Positions 35,471-49,767 of a DNA stretch of 64,000 bases are shown piece after piece (position 1 is the first letter of the stretch; each line of letters opens with the position of its first letter). The stretch comes from Eledone cirrhosa (taxonomy: Eukaryota): NCBI GenBank assembly GCA_964016885.1, contig OZ024743.1, positions 27,156,001 through 27,220,000 on the forward strand. The letters are read 5' to 3'. The notes under the pieces were generated by a model. That model saw only the letters and a list, made by a program, of their open reading frames with translations, did not search any database and was not told where the DNA came from. The position numbers and the translations under genes are program-made.

Positions 35471-38400
35471 CACCATATCTATATAGGTGTCGCCACCAAT
35501 TCACACCATACATATAGGTGTCGCCACCAACTCACACCATATATACAGGTGTCGCCACCAACTCACACCATACATATAGGTGTCGCCACCAACTCACACC
35601 ATGTATATAGGTGTCGCCAACAACTCACACCATATATACAGGTGTCGCCACCAATTCACACCATACATATAGGTGTAGCCACCAACTCACACCATATATA
35701 TAGGTGTCGCCACCAACTCACACCATATATACAGGTGTCGCCACCAACTCACACCATATATATAGGTGTCGCCATCAACTCACACCATGTATATAGGTGT
35801 CGCCACCAACTCACACCATATATATAGGTGTCGCCATCAACTCACACCATGTATATAGGTGTCGCCACCAACTCACACCATATATATAGGTGTCGCCATC
35901 AACTCACACCATGTATATAGGTGTCGCCACCAACTCACACCATACATATAGGTGTTGCTACCAACTCACACCTTATCTATAGGTGTCGCCACCAACTCAC
36001 ACCATATATATAGATGTCGCCACCAACTCACACCATATATACAGGTGTCGCCACCAACTCACACCATGTATATAGGTGTCGCCACCAACTCACACCATGT
36101 ATATAGGTGTCGCCACCAACTCACACCATGTATATAGGTGTCGCCACCAACTCAGACCATATATATAGGTGTTGCCACCAACTCACACCATGTATATAGG
36201 TGTCGCCACCAACTCACACCATATATATAGGTGTCGCCACCAACTCAGACCATATATATAGGTGTCGCCATCAACTCACACCATGTATATAGGTGTCGCC
36301 ACCAACTCACACCATACATATAGATGTCGCCACCAACTCACACCATATATATAGGTGTCGCCATCAACTCACACCATGTATATAGGTGTCGCCACCAACT
36401 CACACCATACATATAGATGTCGCCACCAACTCACACCATATATATAGGTGTCGCCATCAACTCACACCATGTATATAGGTGTCGCCATCAACTCACACCA
36501 TACATATAGATGTCGCCACCAACTCACACCATATCTATAGGTGTCGCCACCAACTCACACCATATATATAGATGTCGCCACCAACTCACACCATGTATAT
36601 AGGTGTCGCCACCAACTCACACCATATATATAGGTGTCGCCACCAACTCACACCATATATATAGGTGTCGCCATCAACTCACACCATGTATATAGGTGTC
36701 GCCACCAACTCACACCATGTATATAGGTGTCGCCACCAACTCAGACCATATATATAGGTGTCGCCACCAACTCACACCATATATATAGGTGTCACCACCA
36801 ACTCACACCATATATATAGGTGTCGCCACCAACTCACACCATATATATAGGTGTCGCCACCAACTCACACCATATATATAGGTGTCGCCACCAACTCAGA
36901 CCATATATATAGGTGTCGCCACCAACTCACACCATATATATAGGTGTCGCCATCAACTCACACCATGTATATAGGTGTCGCCACCAACTCACACCATGTA
37001 TATAGGTGTCGCCACCAACTCACACCATGTATATAGGTGTCGCCACCAACTCACACCATATATATAGGTGTCGCCACCAACTCACACCATGTATATAGGT
37101 GTCGCCACCAACTCACACCATATATACAGGTGTCGCCACCAACTCACACCATGTATATAGGTGTCGCCACCAACTCACACCATATATATAGGTGTCGCCA
37201 CCAACTCACACCAAATATATAGGTGTCGCCACCAACTCACACCATATATACAGGTGTCGCCACCAACTCACACCATATATATAGGTGTCGCCACCAACTC
37301 ACACCATATATATAGGTGTCGCCACCAATTCACACCATATATATAGGTGTCGTCACCAACTCACACCATGTATATAGGTGTCGCCACCAACTCACACCAT
37401 GTATATAGGTGTCGCCACCAACACACACCATATATATAGGTGTCGCCACCAACTCACACCATGTATATAGGTGTCGCCATCAACTCACACCATGTATATA
37501 GGTGTCGCCACCAACTCACACCATATATATAGGTGTCGCCACCAACTCACACCAAATATATAGGTGTCGCCACCAACTCACACCATATATACAGGTGTCG
37601 CCACCAACTCACACCATGTATATAGGTGTCGCCATCAACTCACACCATGTATATAGGTGTCGCCATCAACTCACACCATGTATATAGGTGTCGCCATCAA
37701 CTCACACCATATATATAGGTGTCGCCACCAACTCACACCATGTATATAGGTGTCGTCACCAACTCACACCATGTATATAGGTGTCGCCACCAACTCACAC
37801 CATGTATATAGGTGTCGCCACCAACTCACACCATGTATATAGGTGTCGCCACCAACTCACACCATGTATATAGGTGTCGCCACCAACTCACACCATATAT
37901 ACAGGTGTCGCCACCAACTCACACCATGTATATAGGTGTCGCCATCAACTCACACCATGTATATAGGTGTCGCCACCAACTCACACCATATATACAGGTG
38001 TCGCCACCAACTCACACCATATATATAGGTGTCGCCACCAACTCACACCATATATATAGGTGTCGCCACCAACTCACACCATATCTATAGGTGTCGCCAC
38101 CAACTCACACCAAATATATAGGTGTCGCCACCAACTCACACCATGTATATAGGTGTCGCCACCAACTCACACCATGTATATAGGTGTCGCCATCAACTCA
38201 CACCATGTATATAGGTGTCGCCACCAACTCACACCATATATACAGGTGTCGCCACCAACTCACACCATGTATATAGGTGTCGCCATCAACTCACACCATG
38301 TATATAGGTGTCGCCACCAACTCACACCAAATATATAGGTGTCGCCACCAACTCACACCATATATACAGGTGTCGCCATCAACTCACACCATGTATATAG

Positions 38401-39004
38401 GTGTCGCCACCAACTCACACCATATATACAGGTGTCGCCACCAACTCACACCATATATATAGGTGTCGCCATCAACTCACACCATGTATATAGGTGTCGC
38501 CACCAACTCACACCACGTATATAGGTGTCGCCACCAACTCACACCATATATATAGGTGTCGCCACCAACTCACACCATATATATAGGTGTCGTCACCAAC
38601 TCACACCATGTATATAGGTGTCGCCACCAACTCACACCATGTATATAGGTGTCGCCACCAACTCACACCAAATATATAGGTGTCGCCACCAACTCACACC
38701 ATATATACAGGTGTCGCCATCAACTCACACCATGTATATAGGTGTCGCCACCAACTCACACCATATATACAGGTGTCGCCACCAACTCACACCATATATA
38801 TAGGTGTCGCCATCAACTCACACCATGTATATAGGTGTCGCCACCAACTCACACCACGTATATAGGTGTCGCCACCAACTCACACCATATATATAGGTGT
38901 CGCCACCAACTCACACCATATATATAGATGTCGCCACCAACTCACACCATGTATATATGTGTCGCCACCAACTCACACCATGTATATAGGTGTCGCCACC
39001 AACT
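35471..39004. repeat. 31-bp tandem satellite, about 114 copies
   Basis: Unit TATAGGTGTCGCCACCAACTCACACCATATA, head to tail, with no spacers and only point variants. Confidence 0.97.
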
Positions 39005-39099
39005 TCTTCAACAAGAAACAAACAAAAAACAAACAGTTACTGGATTCTGTTAAGGTACTCATTGAAGTTAGACTTGATAACTATTCAATGTTACACTAC

Positions 39100-39700
39100 T
39101 AAAGAGATGAATGTATAGTTTCCTAACAGTATATTACCGGGTGATGTTTAGTCTCCTGATCGTCACCCTTCATAGTTGATATTTGCTTCAATTTCTGTAA
39201 TGAACTGAACCCTAAGATTATAACCCGACCATTGTTCACATGACACTGACTATCATGTACTGAGTTTCAATCTCATCGATTTCTGGCGTTTTTATATTCC
39301 TTAGTTTGCTGTGGATTACTTCCATCTGCGAAATGTCTGAAATAATTGTTTCTACTTTAGGCACAAGGCCAGCAATTTGAAGGGGAGGGGAATGTCGCTT
39401 AAATAGATCCCAGTGCTTACTGGTACTTTATTTTATCGACCCCGTAAGGATGAAAGGCAAAGCTAATCTCGGCAGAATTTGAATGCGGGACGTAAGGGGC
39501 CGTAACTCTATGCTGAAAAGCATGTTGTCTGAAGCTCTACGGATACTGCTAATCCACCGCCCTTAAGATGTCTGAAATAATAAGAGAAGTGTTGTCAGCA
39601 TATGCAAACACCGATTCCCTGTATCTCAGTTCAAGCGGGTTGCCGCTTAATTCATCGAACTTGCACTGTTTGAAATATCGATCTGAAATCTATAGAAACA
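39100..39700 (-). mobile_element. Old L1/Tx1 RT fragment interrupted by SINE A (39347-39567, TSD ATGTCTGAAATAAT)
   Basis: Minus strand DELSGNPLELRYRESVFAYADNTSLI aligns with ETLRGVPRELGCGRSVSAYADDVTVI. The TSD copies are at 39333 and 39568. Confidence 0.7.
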
Positions 39701-40030
39701 ACAAGAAGGAGCAATGCATAGTAACTGACCAATGCATTGATAAACTGCCCCGATAGGTGATTCTTCACTCATTTACAGATCCAGTATATAATGAAGTGAC
39801 AGAAAACTAATATAAACTGGCAGGAAGTTGACGATCAATCGTATCGAATATTTTCGATTGCTATATGTTGATTAGGAATTGAGAAAACCAGATTTCCACC
39901 CTCACCTCCTCTCAAGGTGTATTACTTGATATCGAGATTTTACCTGGGTTATGTAATTACACATTTCTGTAGTTTTGATGATACTAAAAGGTGAAACGTC
40001 AATCTATTAGTTTACACACTGCCCAATATA

Positions 40031-40108
40031 CACGTTGTCCCAAAGGTCACTAGACAATTTTATATAAGTATATATATAAAATTGTGTAGTGACTTTATGG
40101 ATACCCTG
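40031..40108. mobile_element. Tiny Tc1/mariner-type MITE (almost all TIR)
   Basis: TA-CACGTTGTCCCAAAGGTCACTAGACAATTTTATATA / TATATAAAATTGTGTAGTGACTTTATGGATACCCTG-TA. Confidence 0.65.
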
Positions 40109-40404
40109 TATTTACCTCTGTATCAAGTAGTTATGGACCTGTAGTTTTACAGGATGTTCATTTTCCACGCTCTTCCTGAGTGCCTTGATTACTTTCCGCT
40201 CACATATCTGGAAATGCTCCCACTTCACTGCCAGTCAACTAAAATAAAAACAAGCACGGTATATCTAGCATGTTCCAATTAAGTTTCTTAGGCAGATGAA
40301 TGAGAGGGTATCTGTGTTTGCTCGTGACAGCATGAGCACCTGAAACCTTTATCAAAATCATGGTACATATTGCCGAGCCATTCGATTGCGGGTGACAAAC
40401 ATAC

Positions 40405-40466
<62 letters not shown>

Positions 40467-40641
40467 GTATGTTTGTATGTATGTATTTGTATGTGTGTAT
40501 GTGAGTGTATGTATGCCCATGTCTGTGTTTACGGTTGTATCTATGTTCGTGTTTATACCCCGTATATTTCTGATTTATCAATAAAATAAGTACTAGAAGT
40601 GCTAGAGCTATATGATCGATTAAATAGAGTGATGTTCTAGC

Positions 40642-41268
40642 ATGAACGTGATCGGTGTTTCCCTGAGGCTAGGCCTCCGGATCTGCCAGCCACACCAATG
40701 TCGCTGCGGTTCCACCGTGGATTCTTTCGGCCTCCACCCGCTTTCCTGTCTCCACAGTGCCGGTCGCATTCCACGCCATGCTGACCTCAACGGGGTCATT
40801 AAGCATGGCTTGGACGCTGCAGGCTTCCCTTCCAAGCTCGAGCCGGTGGGGATGGATCGAGGAGACGGCAAAAGGCCAGATGACATGACCATCTTCCCGT
40901 TCCGCGGTGACAAACCCCTCGTCTGGGATGCCACTTGCACCGACACTTTCTGCAGTCGGAACCTGGTGCAGTCTGCGACTGACCCAGGGTCTGCTGCACG
41001 TCGGGCTGAGGAGGACAAACTCCTCAAATACCGGTCGCTCTCCGACAGGTTTGCGGTCGTACCCCTGGCAGTGGAGACTTCTGGTGTCCTCGGCCCCAGG
41101 GCTACCTCCTTACTCACCACTATAGGCGCTGAGATGGCCAGCCGCAGGTGTGAGCCCCGCGAGTTGGAGTGGCTTTTACAGCGCGTCTCCCTCGCCGTCC
41201 TCCGGGGAAAGGCCTTCTCCATTCTGTCTGCCGGGGCTGTGGGTGAGCCCCATCGCGTACCGTTGTAG
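40642..41268 (+). mobile_element. 5'-truncated CRE-clade LINE with an open 208-aa CCHC + restriction-like endonuclease frame
   Basis: CRCG..D..GLHPLSC....GRIPRH, KRPD, VWDATCTDT, AEEDKLLKY, PLAVETSG and QRVSLAVLRG are diagnostic CRE C-terminal motifs. Confidence 0.9.
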
Positions 41269-41480
41269 TTGTTGTAGAAGAAACAGGAAGACAACATCTA
41301 ATCTAATATTTACTTCGTTAAGTTGCTAATTGTAGCCCCATTGTAGCTTTCTCTTCCATATCCACATCTGTTAATATAATCCCCACCAAATTAAACCTTT
41401 TAATACCTAACCACCATATTTTATCGATTTCTTCTTGACAAACTGCTAGAAACGGCAGAAACATAGATACACACATATAG

Positions 41481-41553
<73 letters not shown>

Positions 41554-42486
41554 AGTTCATTTTAGGTTTAATCAATACATATAAAATACTTATTGATAAT
41601 CTTTTAATCTTTCTCAGTAAAAATTTGTTCACATCTTTGTGACGACTGAAACCAGTAAAAACCAGTAAAGTAAAAAAATATCTGTTATTGATAACTGTAA
41701 CTGTCAAACCCAATTTAAGTCAATCTCTAATCCAGTTACCGTAGGATTCCATTACCAAAAGGCAACACACTCGCCTCCGTTAATCGAGTTCTTATGCTTA
41801 TCACCTTTCACTCGCAATGTTATTTATTCCTGTTATATAATGTCTAGAGATTCGTGATCTCGAAATATAGATAATTTGAAAAAAATAGATGTCACTTGCT
41901 TCAAATAAAAAAAGAAAATATTCTCGTTCTTGACAGCTTCTAAACTCACACACACGTACACACACATATACACACATATACACACATACATAGACACACA
42001 CACAAACACGCGTGTGTTTATGTGTATGTACGTGTGTATAATATCTAAAAGTAAAGATATTTTCAAATATAGATCACCAAATAGAACTGACTTATACGCA
42101 CATCTAAGCAATTCCTTAAATGGTCGAACGATTTTATAAATTTCGCTTGAAGTATGTGATCTATTGAATTGACTAGGTTATCTGTACTTTTAGTGACGTT
42201 GTCTCTCTTGATAGCTGACATTTTGTCCTCTGACCCAACCTCTTCATGCGAAAATAGTACATCAGATGACATATGATATACCATCAGACGTATCAGCTGC
42301 TAACCAGAAATGATCAATCACAATTAGTTACGGGTTGGTAGCTTAATGCGATTAAAACTTTGATCATTTCAATGATAATGAATAATTAATATAATGTTTT
42401 GTTGAACCATTACTAATTCTTATTAGTTTTAAAGAAATTATGTTAACCCCTCCACTGATCCCAAAATCCATTAGGACAAATATCAT

Positions 42487-42540
<54 letters not shown>

Positions 42541-42875
42541 GTACAAATATATAAGTATATATACATACGTATAGATGAGAAATTCCAACAAGAATTTCCC
42601 CTTCCAGTTCCTCTTAGAATTTGTTATATAATCCCGAAATGGTAAGCCCCTATGGACCAAGCTTATAGAAATAATCAAGGAGGTTCCAACCAAGCCGATT
42701 TTGTCTATTTATGGGCACATAGGCTTTTACTATCCTATGTGTCCTTTCCTTTTTTAAGACATTAGATTCAGGAGTTCCCAGTCTGATTGATATCAATACT
42801 CTGAGATCGATAGGACTACGAAAGTGTTGATCGAACCTTTGGGTCAAAGCCTGTGATTCGTAAAAGAAGTGGAAA

Positions 42876-42895
42876 TCTCTATATATAAAACTGAG

Positions 42896-42932
<37 letters not shown>

Positions 42933-43806
42933 CTAAAACGGTCGGCACACATCTCCTCCTAAACCGTACGTTCAAATTTCGGTGAAATTACTACACTTAT
43001 AGATGAATGTCCGGCGGAAACATTGGTCAAAACAATTTTCAAATCGACCCACGCCAAGTGCAAAAATCGAATTTGTAATGTATTGATTTTTCAATGTATA
43101 AATAGAGATGAGAGACGATTTATTTCCCTTTTATGGCGTCATTCTGTCTATCTATTTACGTTACAAATAAACGACGCGTGCAAAAGTACAAAAATACGCG
43201 AACAGTTTTCGGACCAGCAAAATTTTAACCTGCAAAATTCATGAGTTCGAAGTTTCAACATTAAGCTTCCATTTTGCTTCATTTCCATTAAAAAGTCTTT
43301 TAAAACAATATTTTTACTTGAAAACAAGTCTATTTGAATACACCGTAAAACAAGCAAATATTTTGTAAAAAAAGCATTGATCTCGAATAAAGCCTTATGA
43401 GATTTTCATTTAGAAGCAATGATTTTAAACGACAGACAGATAACGCATTTTTTTTTTTTGTTTTTCATGTCCATCCAATTTCTTTGTTTCAAAATAACTG
43501 ATAGTTTGGTTACGCTGATGTTTTTCTCTGAGACAAGTGTTGCAGTGTTTACATTTTCGAATTTTGTTAATAGATTACCATTGCAGTTTTTATCCCCAGC
43601 ATCCTCTTTTGTTTTAACATTCGGGTTATGGTTATGTTTTCTTAATTTCATAAGGCATACTGTTGGTTGAGGAAATATTAATCAAAAGTACCACATGAAA
43701 GTCTACACTGTAGACTCTACAGTTTTTAAGCCAAGAAAGGAACTTAACATTGTAACTTTAACACAGCTACTGAGCAGCCCCGAGCAACGCCGGGCTTTAC
43801 TGCTAG
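42876..43806 (+). mobile_element. Non-autonomous Helitron
   Basis: 5' end A|TCTCTATATATAAAA, a subterminal (GTCT)n, a 3' GC hairpin AGCCCCG..CGGGCT (43776-43796) and CTAG|T. No TSD. Confidence 0.85.
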
Positions 43807-45185
43807 TACATAATACAATAAAATACTACTGATTTATTAATTGATTGATTTATTCATCTATTTATTTATTTTTGTTCATGTCTGGGGTCGACGAGGGTAA
43901 AAGATTCCAAGAAAGTGGTCGACAATCTAAATGGTTTGTAGTTCCCTGAGTTAGAATGTGACTTGAAAGTGATTTGATAGCTATTTCTTATGAATCGAAC
44001 AGTCATGGAGAACCTTACTGATTCACATCTCTTCCAGGTAATATACTACTGTTCTATTCAATTGACTACATCTCTGTGGACCTTGCACTTAATTATATCA
44101 TTTAGATGGGTTTAAATCCTTTCACTTCGTCTTTGCTTCAGTATTTTATAGTCGATAAAAAGACTCCCAATGATTTCAGCAATCTATTGAAGCAACTCTA
44201 CTCCTCTATAAATATGTTGCCTCGTAAACATGTAAAATATTTTTAGATTGGCAGAATCGTTAGAATATTGAAAAAATCCCTTTCGGTATTCGTTTCGGTT
44301 CTTTACGTTCTGAGTTCAAAGCCGTCAAAGTCAATTTTATCTTTCATACTTCCGGGTTCGATCAACTGAAGTACCAGTGAAATTCTAGGATCAGTATAAT
44401 CAGCAGTTCTCACTCTTGGCTTTGTGTCTGTGTGTGAAACGATTATTGCTGTTGACGTTTAGCATAGAAGACGTGTATCGTTCGGACTTCGCAATACTTG
44501 AGAACATCTGATGTACTGTTGTTGTTGTCGTTGCAGTTGTTGCCGCCACTATTGCTGCTGTTGTCATTGGTCTATTGATGTTAGTGGTGACGGTGTCCTT
44601 AATTGTGATATCTAGTGGCGGTGGTGAGTTCGAATTGCTGTCATGACGCACACTCTTTTCGTGCAAATCTTTGCCGTTCTTGCTGGATGTGGAAGGGTGT
44701 AACCTCCATTTTCAAATGCTTTGTGGGCGTCAATAGAATTTTATAATTCAAATAGGGTCAAAAGCCCAAATATTATGGGATCTCTCTGTTTGAGGGAGAA
44801 ACTAATGCTCTATGTTTTCTTTGCAAAAAAAAAAAAAAAAATAGTTATATCAAAATACCAATTTATATGGGAGAAAACAAACCTTTGGAATAACAACAAT
44901 AAAATAAAATCGATATTTCAAGTCTGTAAATATTAGTGTTTTGAATCCAACAGCATTGCTCCAACCATCTTCATTTCTTTTGAGAATCAGGAAGCAGTAT
45001 GGCTACAATTCACAACACACATAGTGATGTATAAACGTGTAAGTCAATAATTTTTGGCAGCACGCGAGAAGTCTTCGAATTAGCCGTCGATAGAGGTACA
45101 AATTACATGTAGTGAACATCCTTAAGTGTATCATTACACCATAATTAGCATCAGTCACTTTTAAAACATACGCAAGTGTTAAAAA

Positions 45186-45397
45186 ATAATGGTTTCTAAT
45201 ATAGGCACAAGGCCATGGGGGAGGGGAAAATCGATTAAATCGACCCAGTGTGTGACTGGTACTTTATTCTATCGACCCAACAAGGATGAAAGGCAAAGTT
45301 AACCTCGGCGGGATTTGAATTCAGATCATAAAGGGCCGTAAATCTATGCTGCAAAGCATGGCCTCCGACCAGCTACCGATACTGCCAATCCACTGCC
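45186..45397 (-). mobile_element. SINE family A, long subtype, with TSD
   Basis: TSD CAAGTGTTAAAAA at 45173 and 45398. Confidence 0.9.
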
Positions 45398-45634
45398 CAA
45401 GTGTTAAAAACAATGAAAGGCATCAACATACGATTCAGAAAGTGACTAGGACTCACATTAATTTGATAGATCAAACATTGCAGTAAATAACTGAAAAAGC
45501 TAAACCTTTATAGAGTTTGTTAGGGTATTCATTTTTAGTTTACAGCAAAATGGTTTACAATATAGCCTTCTATAGTGTATGCTGTAACATATTTCTGTGT
45601 TATACCAAACTATACAGATTTAAACATCATTTTA

Positions 45635-46031
45635 CGAGGGTCGGCTGAAAAGTTCATAGGCTGATCAAGATATTCTCATGGAAGACCAAATGAGGTTTAT
45701 TTTTCAACACTCCCAGGAAAGAAACAATGTATTTATTAATAAGAAGAGTTGAAATTAATTGTTTCTACTTTTGGCACAAGGCCAGCAATTATCCAGTGCA
45801 TTACTGGTACTTTATTTTATCGACCCCGTAAGGATGAAAGGCAAAGTTAACCTCGGCGGGATTTGAACTCAAACTGTAAAGGACCGTAACTCTATGCTTC
45901 AAACATGTTGTTCGACGTTCTACCGATACTACCAATCCACCGTCTTAGAGTTGAAATTAATGCATGCAAGATTTCACAGCTCTAGCAATACTCCTTCATA
46001 ATCAGCTTATGAAATTTTCAGCTCACCCTCG
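45635..46031. mobile_element. Mariner-type MITE containing a SINE A insertion (about 45759-45946)
   Basis: TA-CGAGGGTCGGCTGAAAAGTTCATAGGCTGA ... TCAGCTTATGAAATTTTCAGCTCACCCTCG-TA. The SINE TSD is AGAGTTGAAATTAAT. Confidence 0.85.
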
Positions 46032-46541
46032 TACAGTATGTGTGAATATTTTTACATAGTATTTGTAAGTTTTCGTCAAAAGACCTTTCATAGAATGGAT
46101 GGGAATATTTTTTTTATCTAATATAAAAAGAGTTCCCCATACACTACAACGTGAGTTAGAAAATTTTATTGCATTATTCACAGCAGATTCTCAAATGTAT
46201 TTTAAGGAGTTTCGTGTGAAAACTTATAACATAGAAATCAGAAAACTATAAATCTCTATTGTAAGTGTTTTATTTTTAACTGATATATTCTATAACTAAC
46301 TGTTCGATATAATGTATTGATCTAAAACATATAGTTGTATCCGTGGCAACCCTGAATAAGGCCACATTTGAATCGAAACTCCCTCATGACGACCCCGATT
46401 ATAACTGTCTTTCATAATAGCTATTCTGTATTGGAGAAAGGTTGATAATAGAATTCACACCAAACTAATAGTTTTCTGATGTTTTATTGCTTCTATTGCT
46501 GAATATTTCTGAAAAGAGATTAAAATGTGTTGGTATATCTA

Positions 46542-46710
46542 CCCAATTTCTCTCGGCATTTTGCCACATAATCTAATCAGATTCCATTAATATATTGCGC
46601 CGAATGGGTGAAATCATGGCTTATTACCGAATTTCTCTCGGCATTTAATCATATAAATTTGTCAAAATCCATTAAGACATTGCATTGAATGAGTGAAACC
46701 GAGGTTTATC
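46542..46710. repeat. Diverged ~85-bp tandem duplication
   Basis: AATTTCTCTCGGCATTT...TCCATTAA..ATTGC...GAATG.GTGAAA occurs twice. Confidence 0.7.
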
Positions 46711-46869
46711 TCTATGTAATTCCTTAGTACATGTAATTGTTAGATTTTTAGACTTGTAAAACTTAATAAGATCGTTTAGATTTAAAGTAACAGTTAAAGA
46801 TGTCTTTTTAATTAGCTGGAATTTAAGCTGGATATTAAAAACTTAATTACCCAGCTTAAATTATCATTA

Positions 46870-47235
46870 GATATATAGAGGGGGATTGGAAGAGAGTTCC
46901 GTGTAGTAGATATAAAGAGGGGGATGAGAAGAGAGTGCTGTATGGTTGATGTAGAGAGGGGAGGGGTTTGGGGGGTAATGAGTAGAGTTAGAGGCTTGAT
47001 AGAGATATGTATTGATAGAGATAGAGAGGGGGAGAATTTGGTAGTGATGAATAGAGTGAGAGGGAATTAGAGAGAGTATTGTATGGTAGATATAGAGAGG
47101 GTAATAGTTTGGTAGTAATTGATATAGAGAGATTTGTTGGGAAAGAGTTCCGTGTAGTAGATATAGAGTGGGGGGAGAGTTTAGTACTAATTGATATAGA
47201 GAGGTGTATTGGAAGATTGTTCCCTGTAGTAGTGT
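46870..47235. repeat. Degenerate ~35-bp purine-rich minisatellite
   Basis: Recurrent GATATAGAGAGGG and GAGTTCCGTGTAGTA. Confidence 0.6.
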
Positions 47236-47464
47236 GTGTTTTGGTAGTTTCTCCCCAAACTACCAAAACACACATCTATTTGGACAATTAGAATTTAAGT
47301 ACATTTTATGTTTATGCATATGGAAGTTTTCTGACCATTTTAGAGTACAAAGAGCTAAACTAATCCCTACGACTAAATTGACCAAATGGTCACCCCCCCC
47401 AACCCAATTCAGAGATGAGATGCTTCCACCGCCCTTTTACCTTCCTCGTAAACTTTGACGAAAT

Positions 47465-48870
47465 GGTTGCTCACTTTTTTCTATTCGTGTCTCGTACGAT
47501 TTTAATACGGTTTTTAGGTCCAGGCCACACTCCCTGAGTGGGAAATATCCACATTGTGATTGAATTTGAAATGAGCCGATTGCGAGTTCTTATATCCATC
47601 TCATTTACTTCTTGCAGTGACCAGTTCAGAAGGCTGAAACTTGGTAGGACAGGTGCTGTGAGCAATGTGCTTGCTGTAGGCCTAGACGTTTGGTGACCAT
47701 GTTCTTTTAATTATTCTATTAAGATATTCATTCTTATTTATGGGTCCATTATATCTAACATTCGCATCCTGTCCAAGATACCTGTAGTTGTGTCTGGACA
47801 GTTAGTGTGGGCATTTGTGTCGGAATATGTAAAGATATACTTGTTCTTGTGTTAGGCTGTATATGTCTTTTTCGTAAACAGATGTGTGTGATTACTCGTT
47901 ATGTGTTTGTACGAATACCAAATGCCCACACGTGAATGTGTGTTTATGTTCATTGAAAGAAACACAACATCAAGAAGTGGCTCAGTTTACAACCACCAAC
48001 TCAAGATTTTTAGATTGTTTTTTAAATCTTTGCTGTAGCACTAATCAATTAGATATGAGTCATACTGATTATCTTTCTTTGGAAAGGCCAAGTATTTTCC
48101 ATATTTCATGGAAATCTGTTGTTATGTAGCTCAGTTCACCTATGGTAATAGGTTCAAATGAAAAGATATAGCAAGACTACAGGATCTGTAAATTTCGCAT
48201 TAACTCACCATAGATATTCACCTATACCCAAATCTAGACGATACATTTATATCCACTGAGCAGCCAATCTCTACAACAGTGCACAGGTTTTGTTTTCTGT
48301 CCTATAGAACAATATAAGGTATGTTGCTTTTGCACTGGATTATAATGCAATATTCCACTAGTGTTCCATATGGTATCAATACATTCTGGGTCTGGTTAGC
48401 CATTAGTATAGTCGTCTGTGTAAACCTTCTCGCGGCTAGTATAGTTTTGGCAATGATTTCACTTTCTCATAGGAAAGTAATATCTCGCTGACATATTTGT
48501 GCAGCTGATAATGAGGTGGGTGATATCATTCATACTGCTATGGAATCATTAGGAGGTTTGGCGGTATTTTTATCTCTTATTGATCAGGTTATTAAGAAAT
48601 ATTTTATATCACTGTATAGGCGTATACCTCTAGGCACGATATAGTGTATCCCTTATAGGTCCAGGAGAAGGTTACTCTTCCTGTCATTGTTGGTGTTATC
48701 CTTTAGGTTTCTATGAATATGTATATATGCTTAACCTTCTGCTGATATGGTGAGTTTTTCTCTTCCAAGTCTCTTTAAGAAGTTAAGTCCAGCTATCTTT
48801 AGGTCACACGGAACAGCTGTTCGCTTAGGCTACTTATTCAGAAATTCTTCTTACTCTCACGAAATTATGT
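47465..48870 (-). mobile_element. Heavily decayed, rearranged R4/Dong-like LINE pieces
   Basis: PVLPSFSLLNWSLQEVNEMDIRTR, a YRYLGQD-like segment and an RLE-like WNIA..NLCTVVEIGCSVDINV. Many stops. Confidence 0.55.
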
Positions 48871-49767
48871 TTACTGTTCAATAAATATGTAATGTACCCA
48901 TTTAACCCTTTATTTTCAGTAGGTGCTGCCTCAGTGATCCAATGCTGCACCCCAAAACTGTCTAGTCAGACCTAATTCCCCTGCTTTCAGCTCTTCATTT
49001 AACGTAGATCCTGTTAGTGTTACTGTTGATATCCAAATTATAGATACCAGATAGAGGGAGGAAAGCACCTCCAAAAATAGAGACAGCAGGCTCCACTAAA
49101 CTGACCTTAGTTATTAGATAGGGGTCTTGAATCGGGTGAGCAATTATGACCACCATCCGAGATTGGTCACAGTAGAATTCGAACTCTGATGCAAAAATGC
49201 ATCAACACACCCTATCCGACACTCTAAGGAAACCGACAGTTCACCGGTACTTTATCAACTACTGAAGGATGGATGATAAAGTTGACCCTGGTGGGATTTG
49301 AACTCAGAATGCAAGCACATTGAATAGATACCTCTCTAACATTTCTGCTAATTCGTTCACACACGTACACACACACACGAACACATACACACATACACAC
49401 ACATCCGCATATACAAATAACAACATACACATTTAGAATATATAGCTACATCAATAAGAATTAAGTTTTTATAAGAAAGCTAATCGCATAGAACAGTTAT
49501 TTTAGTAGAAAATATACCAAAAATAGTAAATCACTAGGATTAGAGGCTTGTGATGATAAGTAGAATGAATTAGTGAAGTATAGTGGTGTAGTGGTATGCT
49601 GTAGAGAGGTATAGTAGTATTTGCTTGTGTCAGTAAAATACATTTTAAAAAATCAGATAACATTGGTGTGTCGCTAGGAGAGAATTCTAAGGTTTTAGGT
49701 TGAAGATTTCTTTAAAGATTCAGCAGTTTTATCATGAGTTATAAGATCATATGTTGTTACCGTTATT

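Noticed and set aside
35471-39004. CRISPR array (31-bp repeats)
   Set aside because: The units abut with no unique spacers, there are no cas genes, and the context is eukaryotic.
41430-41470. Hammerhead-like CTTGACAA-ACTGC..GCAG-AAAC
   Set aside because: The core is too degenerate and no stem I is present.
44400-44700. Possible exon (moderately GC-rich ORF)
   Set aside because: No recognisable domain or convincing splice signals, and it is partly TTG repeat.
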